Positions 8,055-16,307 of a DNA stretch of 23,394 nucleotides are shown in pieces. Numbering within the stretch: position 1 is the stretch's first letter; each line of letters opens with the position of its first letter. This stretch comes from a virus. The stretch is from IMG/VR virus record IMGVR_UViG_3300028196_001473; one strand, 5' to 3'. Under the pieces are notes generated by a model. The model saw only the letters and a list, made by a program, of their open reading frames with translations, made no database searches and was not told the origin of the DNA. The translations under genes were made by a program, and so were the position numbers.

Positions 8055-9550
8055 AAGTAGGTGGAGGTTTAAATAATGAAGGTTTGGTTTTTGGTTACGA
8101 CTCTCAAGGATTTTCCTTTGGTGGTGAACCAACAACTAATAAAACACCTTCACCACAACATAATAGTAACTTTACTACCCAAAATAATTGGGGTACATAT
8201 AACACCAATCAATATAATGGTAATACTTATTTTTCAATAGGGACTATTAGTTCTGTTTCGGATAATATAGTTTTATTAGGTACTGTGGGTAGAACGATAA
8301 GAAGTTTCGATGTGTTAAGACCTCAAACAACAGGAGGTGGGGTTACTGCAGGTACTAATTATGTTATTAAAAAAATAAACGATACTAATTCATTTAGTTT
8401 ACACGAATATAATAGTTCTCAAAATGGGTCTGAAGGATATATAAATCCTGATACGGGATTCTTTAAGGTTCATGACGCTTATGCAAATGATACAAGAATA
8501 CCTATTAACTCAACTGACTTCCCAACTATGTGGTGGGGACCACCCCATGTACCAAATTCAGGTTTGATAAAGGAAATAGTAATTAATGAAGGTAAACGAC
8601 ATGGTACTAACGCAATGAGGTTGCACGTATATAGACCTGACAGTGTTGTTGATGGTATGGCATACAATGTCCATACACCGGTGACTTTGGGAGATGTGAT
8701 AACAATTAGTGTTTGGTTGAAGAGGGCGGATGGAAGAGGTGAAGGAAAGTCTTTAGGATACTCAACCTATTTTGGTGGTGGTTTTTCTGGTAGTTCTACA
8801 AGTTTTGGTCCACTTACTACAGAATGGAAAAAATATGAATTCACATGGACCGCATCAAACACATACAACTTTATATCTTACTGGTGGCCTAACTCATCAA
8901 GTGATCCATACTCAATAGATATGTGTGATTTTCAAGTTGAGGTAGGTAAAAATGAAGCGACGAAGTTTACTCAAGGAACGAGATCAAATACCGAATCCTT
9001 AATTGACCTTAAAGATAATCAGACATTAGACACATCTAATGTTTTATGGACACCTGAAGGTTATCCTGAATTTAATGGTAGTTCGAATTATATTAACATA
9101 GATAGTGTTACTTTAGGTAATGGAGATTGGGCTATAGAAACTATTGTTAATGCCCATGGGTCTAGTTATTCAATACTATCAAACAACTCAGGAGGCCCCG
9201 TCGCAAACGCATTTGGAATATATGGTAATAAAATGCATTATAGAAATTATGACGGAGGTTGGCAAAACCACAACAGTAGTATCACGGTAAACTATAATGA
9301 ATACTATCATTTAGTATGGGTTAACAGATCAGGGGGTACGATGGACCTTTACATAAATGGAGTTAAAGATAGTGTCTCGGGATTTAGTAGTACTACGTCA
9401 AATGGGGGTCCCGTTAATAGTATTGGTAAAAGTTGGAACGCATACTTTGACGGATGTATTCCCGTATTTAGAAGATACAGTACTTCACTAACAGACACCC
9501 AAGTAAAACAAAACTTTTTATCATATAAAACCATTTTTGGTTTAGGGTAG
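8051..9550 (+). CDS. LamG lectin domain protein with large nested insert (paralogue 6)
   Basis: N-cap EGLVFGYD...GEPTTN; CBM-like part TISVWLK...WKKYEFTW...FQVEVG; LamG part FNGSSNY, YYHLVWV, LYING, FDGCIPVFRRY; C-cap QVKQNFLSYKTIFGL. Confidence 0.82.
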   Translation: MKVGGGLNNEGLVFGYDSQGFSFGGEPTTNKTPSPQHNSNFTTQNNWGTYNTNQYNGNTYFSIGTISSVSDNIVLLGTVGRTIRSFDVLRPQTTGGGVTAGTNYVIKKINDTNSFSLHEYNSSQNGSEGYINPDTGFFKVHDAYANDTRIPINSTDFPTMWWGPPHVPNSGLIKEIVINEGKRHGTNAMRLHVYRPDSVVDGMAYNVHTPVTLGDVITISVWLKRADGRGEGKSLGYSTYFGGGFSGSSTSFGPLTTEWKKYEFTWTASNTYNFISYWWPNSSSDPYSIDMCDFQVEVGKNEATKFTQGTRSNTESLIDLKDNQTLDTSNVLWTPEGYPEFNGSSNYINIDSVTLGNGDWAIETIVNAHGSSYSILSNNSGGPVANAFGIYGNKMHYRNYDGGWQNHNSSITVNYNEYYHLVWVNRSGGTMDLYINGVKDSVSGFSSTTSNGGPVNSIGKSWNAYFDGCIPVFRRYSTSLTDTQVKQNFLSYKTIFGLG

Positions 9551-9552
9551 AC

Positions 9553-9581
9553 TTGTCTTTCTAATATTTTTTCGTTATATT
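9553..9581 (+). promoter_or_regulatory. Sigma70-like promoter: -35 TTGTCT (9553-9558), 17-bp spacer, -10 TATATT (9576-9581)
   Basis: 4/6 and 5/6 matches to TTGACA/TATAAT with the ideal spacer, in the 38-nt gap between the two modules. The ATG follows 7 nt after the -10 box. Confidence 0.55.
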
Positions 9582-9588
9582 ATTACCT

Positions 9589-10323
9589 ATGGAGAGCATA
9601 GGTTTCGGAATTATGTGCTTCGGTGATGATAGATACTTCAAAGGAGCAAAAGACATTATAGACAATCTTACTAAGAGGGGATTTCCTTGTTACGTACTTA
9701 CTGACAATGAAAATCACTTTTTAGAAAAGTATTGGGGGAGAATAACAATAATCCCCTATAAGAGAACATACAAATCATATTATGATAAGGTTCTTTTAGT
9801 TAAAGAAATACATAAAAACCACGACGTATGTATTCTATTGGATGCAGATCTACACGTCAAAGACTATAATTTATTCGATAGATTTAGGGATTACAATTTT
9901 AAAGATGGTGTTTCATATATAGATACCTTATGGAACCATACCGCAAAATTTAAAACTGTGGGTGATATTCCAATGCAGAGTGATGAATGGTTAGAATATA
10001 AAAACTACGCCAAGACTCTTTACCCTAATATTGATAATATTGAGACATTATGGGAATACTTTATTGTATTTAACAAAAGTGGTTTTAATTCCGAAGAATT
10101 TTTTAAATCATACGAAAAATTACAAATAGTTAAAGAATATTGTGATTTAAAGTATAATAAGACTGTGTCAGGTGCGGGAGAAGGAGTGTCAATTTCTATA
10201 TCATGTAAAATAAACCAAATACCTATAGAAAAGGACCCTAAGTTGGTTTCTTTATCAAGAAATGTATTGAAACCCATAACAAGACACACTCCAAGTGTGG
10301 AGATACCTAATCATTTAAAATGA
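9589..10323 (+). CDS. Putative GT-A fold nucleotide-sugar transferase
   Basis: N-terminal hydrophobic strand, CYVLTD, SYYDK, CILLDADL (DxD), and late E-containing motifs (LWEYF, GEG). Lies in a glycosylation context. Confidence 0.55.
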   Translation: MESIGFGIMCFGDDRYFKGAKDIIDNLTKRGFPCYVLTDNENHFLEKYWGRITIIPYKRTYKSYYDKVLLVKEIHKNHDVCILLDADLHVKDYNLFDRFRDYNFKDGVSYIDTLWNHTAKFKTVGDIPMQSDEWLEYKNYAKTLYPNIDNIETLWEYFIVFNKSGFNSEEFFKSYEKLQIVKEYCDLKYNKTVSGAGEGVSISISCKINQIPIEKDPKLVSLSRNVLKPITRHTPSVEIPNHLK

Positions 10324-11045
10324 TAACTAATCAAAATTACATAGAGTCCCATATAACCACAGATAATGGAGAAAAACTACCTTTTCTGTGGACACATGGT
10401 GCAACTAACGGTCACATGGGTGATGGTATAGTTGTTTACTCTATGATACAACACATGAGATACAAAAATTGTGTTTGTATTGGGACAGGTGGTGGTTATA
10501 TACCAAGAATAATGACACAAGCGAGAATTGACTTACACAAACAAGGTATTTTTGAGGGTAATCCCACATATAGTTGGGGTGATATTGGAACTACATATGT
10601 TGTTGATCCTTGTAATGGTGTTGGTGGAGACAGTAACATATGTGATATGGAGGGTTTTTACCAAAAGACATTCTTCCCAAGATTTATAAAGGAGACATCT
10701 GAGAGAGCGTATTATGATTTTTTTGTAAGAGAAGATATCATGATTGATTTACTCTTTATAGATGGTGACCATTCGTACGAAGGTGTGAAGAAAGATTTTG
10801 ATTTGTATTCAAAGATTCTAAACCCTAATGGGTTAATCATGATACATGATACAGACTCTTCATATTCCGAAACTTTAATTATATCTGAAGATTCTAAGAA
10901 AGATTTCTTCCCCTTCGATGGTCCTTCCAAATTAGTGCAAGAGTTAAAAAATAACGATGATTGGGTTGTAATGGACCTATTTAATTTCGGTAACATAAAA
11001 GACAAACCTTCCTCAACAGGATTAACAATATTAAAAAAGAAATGA
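10320..11045 (+). CDS. Class I SAM-dependent methyltransferase (Methyltransf_24-like)
   Basis: Motif I VCIGTGGGY, YVVDP, IDLLFIDGDHSYEGVKKDF...LNPNGLIMIHD. Confidence 0.85.
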   Translation: MITNQNYIESHITTDNGEKLPFLWTHGATNGHMGDGIVVYSMIQHMRYKNCVCIGTGGGYIPRIMTQARIDLHKQGIFEGNPTYSWGDIGTTYVVDPCNGVGGDSNICDMEGFYQKTFFPRFIKETSERAYYDFFVREDIMIDLLFIDGDHSYEGVKKDFDLYSKILNPNGLIMIHDTDSSYSETLIISEDSKKDFFPFDGPSKLVQELKNNDDWVVMDLFNFGNIKDKPSSTGLTILKKK

Positions 11046-11896
11046 TAAGATTATTATGTGTTATAGGTCATGGACATGAGTTACTACCTCATTTCATAGA
11101 ACATTACTCTGAACACGTAGATGAGTTACAATTCGTTGTGTACGAGTCTATGGCATCTCCAAGAATCTTGAGTAGATCTAAATCGATAATAGATAAACAT
11201 GATAACTGTAAAATTGTAAAGGTTGTTAGGGACAGGGTTTTTGATTGGGAGAAGGTTACGATACTCTATAACATGATGAAATCTAAAAAGAAAAACGACT
11301 GGTGGGTTATTGCGGATATTGATGAATTTCATGTTTACCCCAATAATGATTTACGTAAAATGATCGAAAAGTGTGAAGACAATTTATGGTCTATGGTTAG
11401 GGGTGGATTTATTGATAGAGTTGGACTTGACGGTAGTTTTCCCGAATTACAAACCGACACACCCATATTTGAACAATACCCATACGCTGGTTTTTTCAGA
11501 TACCCCATGAGTAATGCTTGCCCAAATAAAGTTTGTATTGTTAAAGGTAATATTGAAATAACCAATGGACAACATTATGCAAACATAGATGGTCATACTA
11601 CATGGAGATGGCAGGGTTGGGACCACCCAATTATTGCACCGTATAAAGAATACTCAATACAAGTCCACCATTTTAAATGGGACAAAACATGTAAAGATCG
11701 TATAAAAAAAGTTGTAGATATTAACGAAGCATACGCATACTCTAAAGAGTATCTTAAATTATACGACGAACTAAGGAAAACTAATTTTAATGTGGATATA
11801 AAAAATAAAGAGTATCTATTTTTAAAATCAAATAAACCGATTTTTAGTTCGTACAAACATTGGAATAAATTAATAAGAAAAATAGTAAGTATATAA
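11042..11896 (+). CDS. GT-A glycosyltransferase (Glyco_tranf_2_4/GT2-like)
   Basis: LLPHFIEHY, DWWVIADIDEF (DxDE), KVCI...GQH, VHHFKW. Confidence 0.75.
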   Translation: MIRLLCVIGHGHELLPHFIEHYSEHVDELQFVVYESMASPRILSRSKSIIDKHDNCKIVKVVRDRVFDWEKVTILYNMMKSKKKNDWWVIADIDEFHVYPNNDLRKMIEKCEDNLWSMVRGGFIDRVGLDGSFPELQTDTPIFEQYPYAGFFRYPMSNACPNKVCIVKGNIEITNGQHYANIDGHTTWRWQGWDHPIIAPYKEYSIQVHHFKWDKTCKDRIKKVVDINEAYAYSKEYLKLYDELRKTNFNVDIKNKEYLFLKSNKPIFSSYKHWNKLIRKIVSI

Positions 11897-11898
11897 TT

Positions 11899-12120
11899 AT
11901 GGCAAAAAAAGGGACAGAAATAAACTTAGAAGAGGAAAGATTATTCCTTGAAGAAAGAAAAGTTAAAGCATTAGAGAAAATAGGTAATACTTTGGACGCT
12001 CTAACCATATGGTTTGAAGAAATAGATAAGGCCGGATGGGACGAGAGAATGCAATATTACCTACACGAATTTCATAAGAACTTTATAACATCTGATGACA
12101 AAGAAGACGAGTCCGAATAA
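11899..12120 (+). CDS. Small acidic helical hypothetical protein
   Basis: 73-aa ORF in operon position; overlaps the next ORF by 26 nt. Confidence 0.6.
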   Translation: MAKKGTEINLEEERLFLEERKVKALEKIGNTLDALTIWFEEIDKAGWDERMQYYLHEFHKNFITSDDKEDESE

Positions 12121-13519
12121 ATTAGGTATTATAGTACCATATAGGAATAGGTATAAACAGTTAGTTCTTTTTAAAAGAAAGATAACTGAATATATGACCA
12201 ATAGGGGTATTGACTACGAATTAATAGTCGTAGAACAAGATGATGCAAAATTATTTAATCGGGGTATGTTACTTAATATTGGGTTTGAGGAATCACTTAA
12301 ATTAGAGTGTAATTATGTGGTATTCCACGACATTGATATGTTGCCACTTAAAGTTGATTATACACACTCCAACGTACCTGTACATTTAGCAACAGATTTT
12401 CTTATTGAGGATAAGAATTTTAAAAGAGATATTTTCGATCAGTATTTCGGTGGAGTCACCATTTTTCCGTCTGATGTTTTTAAATTAATCAATGGATATT
12501 CTAATGAATATTGGGGTTGGGGATTTGAAGATGATGACCTTTTTAAAAGATGTTGTGATAGAGGGGTACCATTTGATACATTAGTTCGTAATGTTGAGGG
12601 TGGGGGAGATTCTGCATTAAAATTTAACGGGGTGGATTCATATGCCCACTCTAATTTCCAAGGGAATTTAGAGAGCCACGGGTTAACCATCATGATTACA
12701 ATGGATGCAGATCCAATAGTGTGTAATCCTGAAAATGGGTATGATAGGTATACTGCATTATCAATACCTGAAATTGAACTAACAATAAGTTACGATTCTT
12801 TTAGAAGATATAAAGTCTTAATGAAAGATGGAAAAGAGTGGGCATCTATTGATTCAAAAATAGAACACGACATTAAAAAAACATTAGTCGTTACTATAAA
12901 TCAAGATCGTAAAATAATAACTATGTACCAAGATGGTAAGTTAATTGGATCCACAAAATATAAAAAGAATTTAAAAAAATCTGAAGACGGTAAAATTTTC
13001 ATAGGTTCAAAAAATGAAGAAGAGGAATTATTCAAAGGAACCGTAAGTCAGGTTGCAATTTACAGGGTGGTTATCCCAACACAAGAAATAGAACCAATAA
13101 GTAAGAATACAAAATACTCCCTTACCAGAACTTTTGATGGGTATACTAATTGTGGGGAGTTAGTACATTATTTTGATATGAGATATGTAGTAGGATATGA
13201 TGTTGTTGACCTATCAAATAGAGAGAATGTTCTAACATTAGTTAATTGTGAGACAGTACTTATTCCTAACGAACGTGAAGTCATGATAAAAGTACCTTTT
13301 AGGAAGAGAGGTTACTTTGATTTACAATCTCATGAATCTAGTGGATATAAAGACGGAGCTTGGACAGATGTTAATATAAGGTATAACCAACTAAGGTTCC
13401 ATAATGAAATGGATAAAGGTTATAGAAACCCTAATGAAGATGGGTTATCTAATCTTAAATATGAGATATGGAATAGAACTAAAAGAAATAATCAGACACA
13501 ATTAACTGTAGGAATATGA
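12095..13519 (+). CDS. GT7 (beta-1,4-galactosyltransferase-like) glycosyltransferase with internal LamG-like domain
   Basis: IIVPYRNR, VVEQ, FNRGMLLN, FHDIDMLP, QYFGGV, INGYSNEYWGWGFEDDDL; then LamG-like LKFNG...MYQDG...IFIG...FKGTVSQVAIY; then the GT7 tail QSH...DGLSNLKY...LTVGI. Confidence 0.88.
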   Translation: MTKKTSPNKLGIIVPYRNRYKQLVLFKRKITEYMTNRGIDYELIVVEQDDAKLFNRGMLLNIGFEESLKLECNYVVFHDIDMLPLKVDYTHSNVPVHLATDFLIEDKNFKRDIFDQYFGGVTIFPSDVFKLINGYSNEYWGWGFEDDDLFKRCCDRGVPFDTLVRNVEGGGDSALKFNGVDSYAHSNFQGNLESHGLTIMITMDADPIVCNPENGYDRYTALSIPEIELTISYDSFRRYKVLMKDGKEWASIDSKIEHDIKKTLVVTINQDRKIITMYQDGKLIGSTKYKKNLKKSEDGKIFIGSKNEEEELFKGTVSQVAIYRVVIPTQEIEPISKNTKYSLTRTFDGYTNCGELVHYFDMRYVVGYDVVDLSNRENVLTLVNCETVLIPNEREVMIKVPFRKRGYFDLQSHESSGYKDGAWTDVNIRYNQLRFHNEMDKGYRNPNEDGLSNLKYEIWNRTKRNNQTQLTVGI

Positions 13520-14901
13520 GTCATAAATTAGGTATATGTATACCATATAGAAATAGAGAGTCTCACTTAAATGAGTTACTCCCAAAATTAGAAAAACACT
13601 TAAACAAACAAAACATAGAGTATTGTGTTTATGTGGGACATCAGGTGGATGATAAGTTATTTAATAGAGGTACAATGAAGAATATTGCCGCAGAGAAGGC
13701 AATACAAGATGGTTGTGATTACGTTGCATTTCATGATGTGGATATGTTACCTCACGATGAAACGTGTGACTACTCTTATCCTGATAAAACTCCATTACAT
13801 ATTGCCACTAAGTTATCTAAGTATTCGTGGTCAATGGGGTACGAACAATATTTCGGTGGTGTTGTACTTTTTAATAAGGAACAGTTAGAAAAAACAAATG
13901 GATATTCTAATGAATATTGGGATTGGGGTCAAGAAGATGATGACCTATTTTGGAGATGTTTTTATGAGGGATATTCGGATAGAAAAATATATGAATCAAT
14001 AGATGATAAAAAAGTTTATCAGTTTAATGGGAAGACTTCATCAATGAGTTTTAAATCGGATAGAAGTTTAACCACACCCTTATTTAAAAATCATACTATT
14101 TCTATTTTAGTCTCACCTGAACAGCAACCAGAGGTTGTGCCAATATGGTTAGTGGGTGATGAAGAGAGAAAATTTATAGAATATCCCATATTAAGAAAAG
14201 ATGGGAGTTGGACTTGGGGTTTTTCGTTTAATAATTCAAGGGCATTATCCACTTTGAATTTTGACATTTCAAATAACCCAATGTACCATTGGACTAAATC
14301 GGTAGAAAATAAGTGGACATGGTTCACTGTTTCATATAACTATGATGAACAAAAGTTATATATATTTTCTAATAATAAATTAGTATCTAACAATGGGGAC
14401 ATACTAAAATCTAAACCAATAAACTTACCAAATAAAATAAAATCCCATTCATTAAAAGGTGATTTTCACATCGGTAGATGTAATCACCAAAATACCAATT
14501 TTAAAGGTAAGATTAGTGAAGTAAAAATATATGATAGGTTTTTCGACAATTTCGAAGAATGTAAATTAAATGAAGACAATATTATATATGATCTAAATAA
14601 AGATAAAAATAATCTGAAAAATGATGTAGTGGAGGTAGTAGAAAAAATTGAGATTGATGATAGTATATTACCATATAGAAGAGAGGGAAAATTTTATTGT
14701 TTACCACATTTAGATGAAGGTTTGGTAAATGGAAAATGGGCTAAGGGTGAAACTACCGCAAAAAATGAAAAGAGATTTGTTACAGAAATGCAACAAGGTA
14801 AATTAAATTATAGAAGTGATGGTATTAATAGTTTAAACTATGAACTTGTAGAAGTAATTAACCATTCAATAAAATGTAAAATATATAACGTAAAATTATG
14901 A
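13516..14901 (+). CDS. Second GT7 glycosyltransferase with internal LamG-like domain
   Basis: ICIPYRNR, FNRGTMKN, FHDVDMLP, QYFGGV, NGYSNEYWDWGQEDDDL; LamG-like YQFNG...KWTWFTVSY...FHIG...FKGKISEVKIYDR; GT7 tail CLPH...DGINSLNY...YNVKL. Confidence 0.88.
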   Translation: MSHKLGICIPYRNRESHLNELLPKLEKHLNKQNIEYCVYVGHQVDDKLFNRGTMKNIAAEKAIQDGCDYVAFHDVDMLPHDETCDYSYPDKTPLHIATKLSKYSWSMGYEQYFGGVVLFNKEQLEKTNGYSNEYWDWGQEDDDLFWRCFYEGYSDRKIYESIDDKKVYQFNGKTSSMSFKSDRSLTTPLFKNHTISILVSPEQQPEVVPIWLVGDEERKFIEYPILRKDGSWTWGFSFNNSRALSTLNFDISNNPMYHWTKSVENKWTWFTVSYNYDEQKLYIFSNNKLVSNNGDILKSKPINLPNKIKSHSLKGDFHIGRCNHQNTNFKGKISEVKIYDRFFDNFEECKLNEDNIIYDLNKDKNNLKNDVVEVVEKIEIDDSILPYRREGKFYCLPHLDEGLVNGKWAKGETTAKNEKRFVTEMQQGKLNYRSDGINSLNYELVEVINHSIKCKIYNVKL

Positions 14902-16307
14902 GTCATCCCGAAGTAGAAAAATTCGAAAATTATAGAAATGAATTAAATAAAACTGGTTGTGGGTTTTGTTTGGCTAAATGGACACAAGTAACTACACACT
15001 TACACTTAGGTAGGACACATTCATGTCATCATCCCGACACACACCCAATACCTGTTGAGGAAATAAATAGAAACCCCTCAGCACTACATAACACTCGTTT
15101 CAAGAAACAGAAAAGGAAAGAGATGTTGGACGGTAAGAGACCTTCAGAGTGTGATTATTGTTGGAAGGTGGAGGACAACTCCAACCAAATATCCGATAGG
15201 GTTTATAAGTCTCATGAACCATGGTCGAAACCACACCATAAAGAGATTAGGGAAATGGATTGGAGAGAGGACTACAACCCAAAATACATGGAGGTTTCAT
15301 TCTCGAATAAGTGTAATTTTAAATGTTCCTACTGTGGACCATCATTCTCATCTTCATGGGCTCAGGAAATTGAAAAACATGGTCCCTACCCGACCACAGA
15401 TTTATTTAATAATTTCGATTGGTTAAAGAAGTCAGGTAGGATGCCGATACACCATAAGGATTATAATCCATATGTGGAGGCGTTTTGGAAATGGTGGCCG
15501 GACCTATACAGAGATCTTGATACATTTAGAATTACGGGAGGTGAACCATTATTAAGTAAAGATACGTGGGGTGTATTGGACTACATTATTGATGAAGAGA
15601 ACCCTAATACAAATTTAAACATATCAATCAACACTAATTTAGGTGTACCCGATAAATTAATTGATAAACTTATTGAAAAAATTAAAAGAATTGAAGATGA
15701 AGGTAGAGTTAAGAGTTTTGTGATTTATACATCGGTAGACGGTTGGGGAGAACAAGCGGAATATGCAAGAACAGGACTTGAGTTTAATAGGTTTTGGGAT
15801 AATTTAAACAAAATACTAACTAAATGTCCCACGGTCACTGTTGGTATAATGAGTACTTATAATGCATTATCATTATCAACATATAATAAATTAATAAAGG
15901 AGGTTTATGGTTTAAAGATGGAATACGGTTCTCCCGATAGGGCGTGGTCGACAGCGGTCTCGTTAGATTGTTCATTCCTGAGACATCCCGAACACCAAAC
16001 AGTCAGAGTCGTACCACTTAGTTTTTCTGATTTAGTTAAAAGTCATGGTGAATTGGCCGAAACGTTAACCACTTTTCCTCACAACTTTGATCAAGAAATT
16101 TGGGGGTTCACTCAAATGGAAATACCGAAATTCCATAGGGTATATGATTGGATGGTGTCCCCACAAGACGAGAAAGAGTTGTTAAAAAACCAACACAATT
16201 TTTATAAATTCTTTAATGCACATGATGAGAGAAGAGGGACTAACTTTTTAAAGACATTTCCAGAATACGAAGAGTTTTATAATTATTGTAAAGGAATCAC
16301 ATTTTAA
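14898..16307 (+). CDS. Radical SAM protein with N-terminal Twitch-like auxiliary Fe-S domain
   Basis: CNFKCSYC (CxxxCxxC), ITGGEPLL, INTN, SVDG. The N-terminal Cys set is FCLAKW...HSCHH...ECDYCW. Confidence 0.88.
   Translation: MSHPEVEKFENYRNELNKTGCGFCLAKWTQVTTHLHLGRTHSCHHPDTHPIPVEEINRNPSALHNTRFKKQKRKEMLDGKRPSECDYCWKVEDNSNQISDRVYKSHEPWSKPHHKEIREMDWREDYNPKYMEVSFSNKCNFKCSYCGPSFSSSWAQEIEKHGPYPTTDLFNNFDWLKKSGRMPIHHKDYNPYVEAFWKWWPDLYRDLDTFRITGGEPLLSKDTWGVLDYIIDEENPNTNLNISINTNLGVPDKLIDKLIEKIKRIEDEGRVKSFVIYTSVDGWGEQAEYARTGLEFNRFWDNLNKILTKCPTVTVGIMSTYNALSLSTYNKLIKEVYGLKMEYGSPDRAWSTAVSLDCSFLRHPEHQTVRVVPLSFSDLVKSHGELAETLTTFPHNFDQEIWGFTQMEIPKFHRVYDWMVSPQDEKELLKNQHNFYKFFNAHDERRGTNFLKTFPEYEEFYNYCKGITF

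Noticed and set aside
1180-9550. Diversity-generating retroelement or invertase shufflon acting on the lectins
   Set aside because: No reverse transcriptase or recombinase in the window, no ~100-nt template/variable repeat pair with adenine-specific mismatches noticed, and no inverted cassettes. Shared blocks are only 13-33 nt.
5148-9588. tRNA, other ncRNA genes or rho-independent terminators in intergenic gaps
   Set aside because: The gaps are all under 50 nt, A/T-rich and lack GC stems or cloverleaf features.
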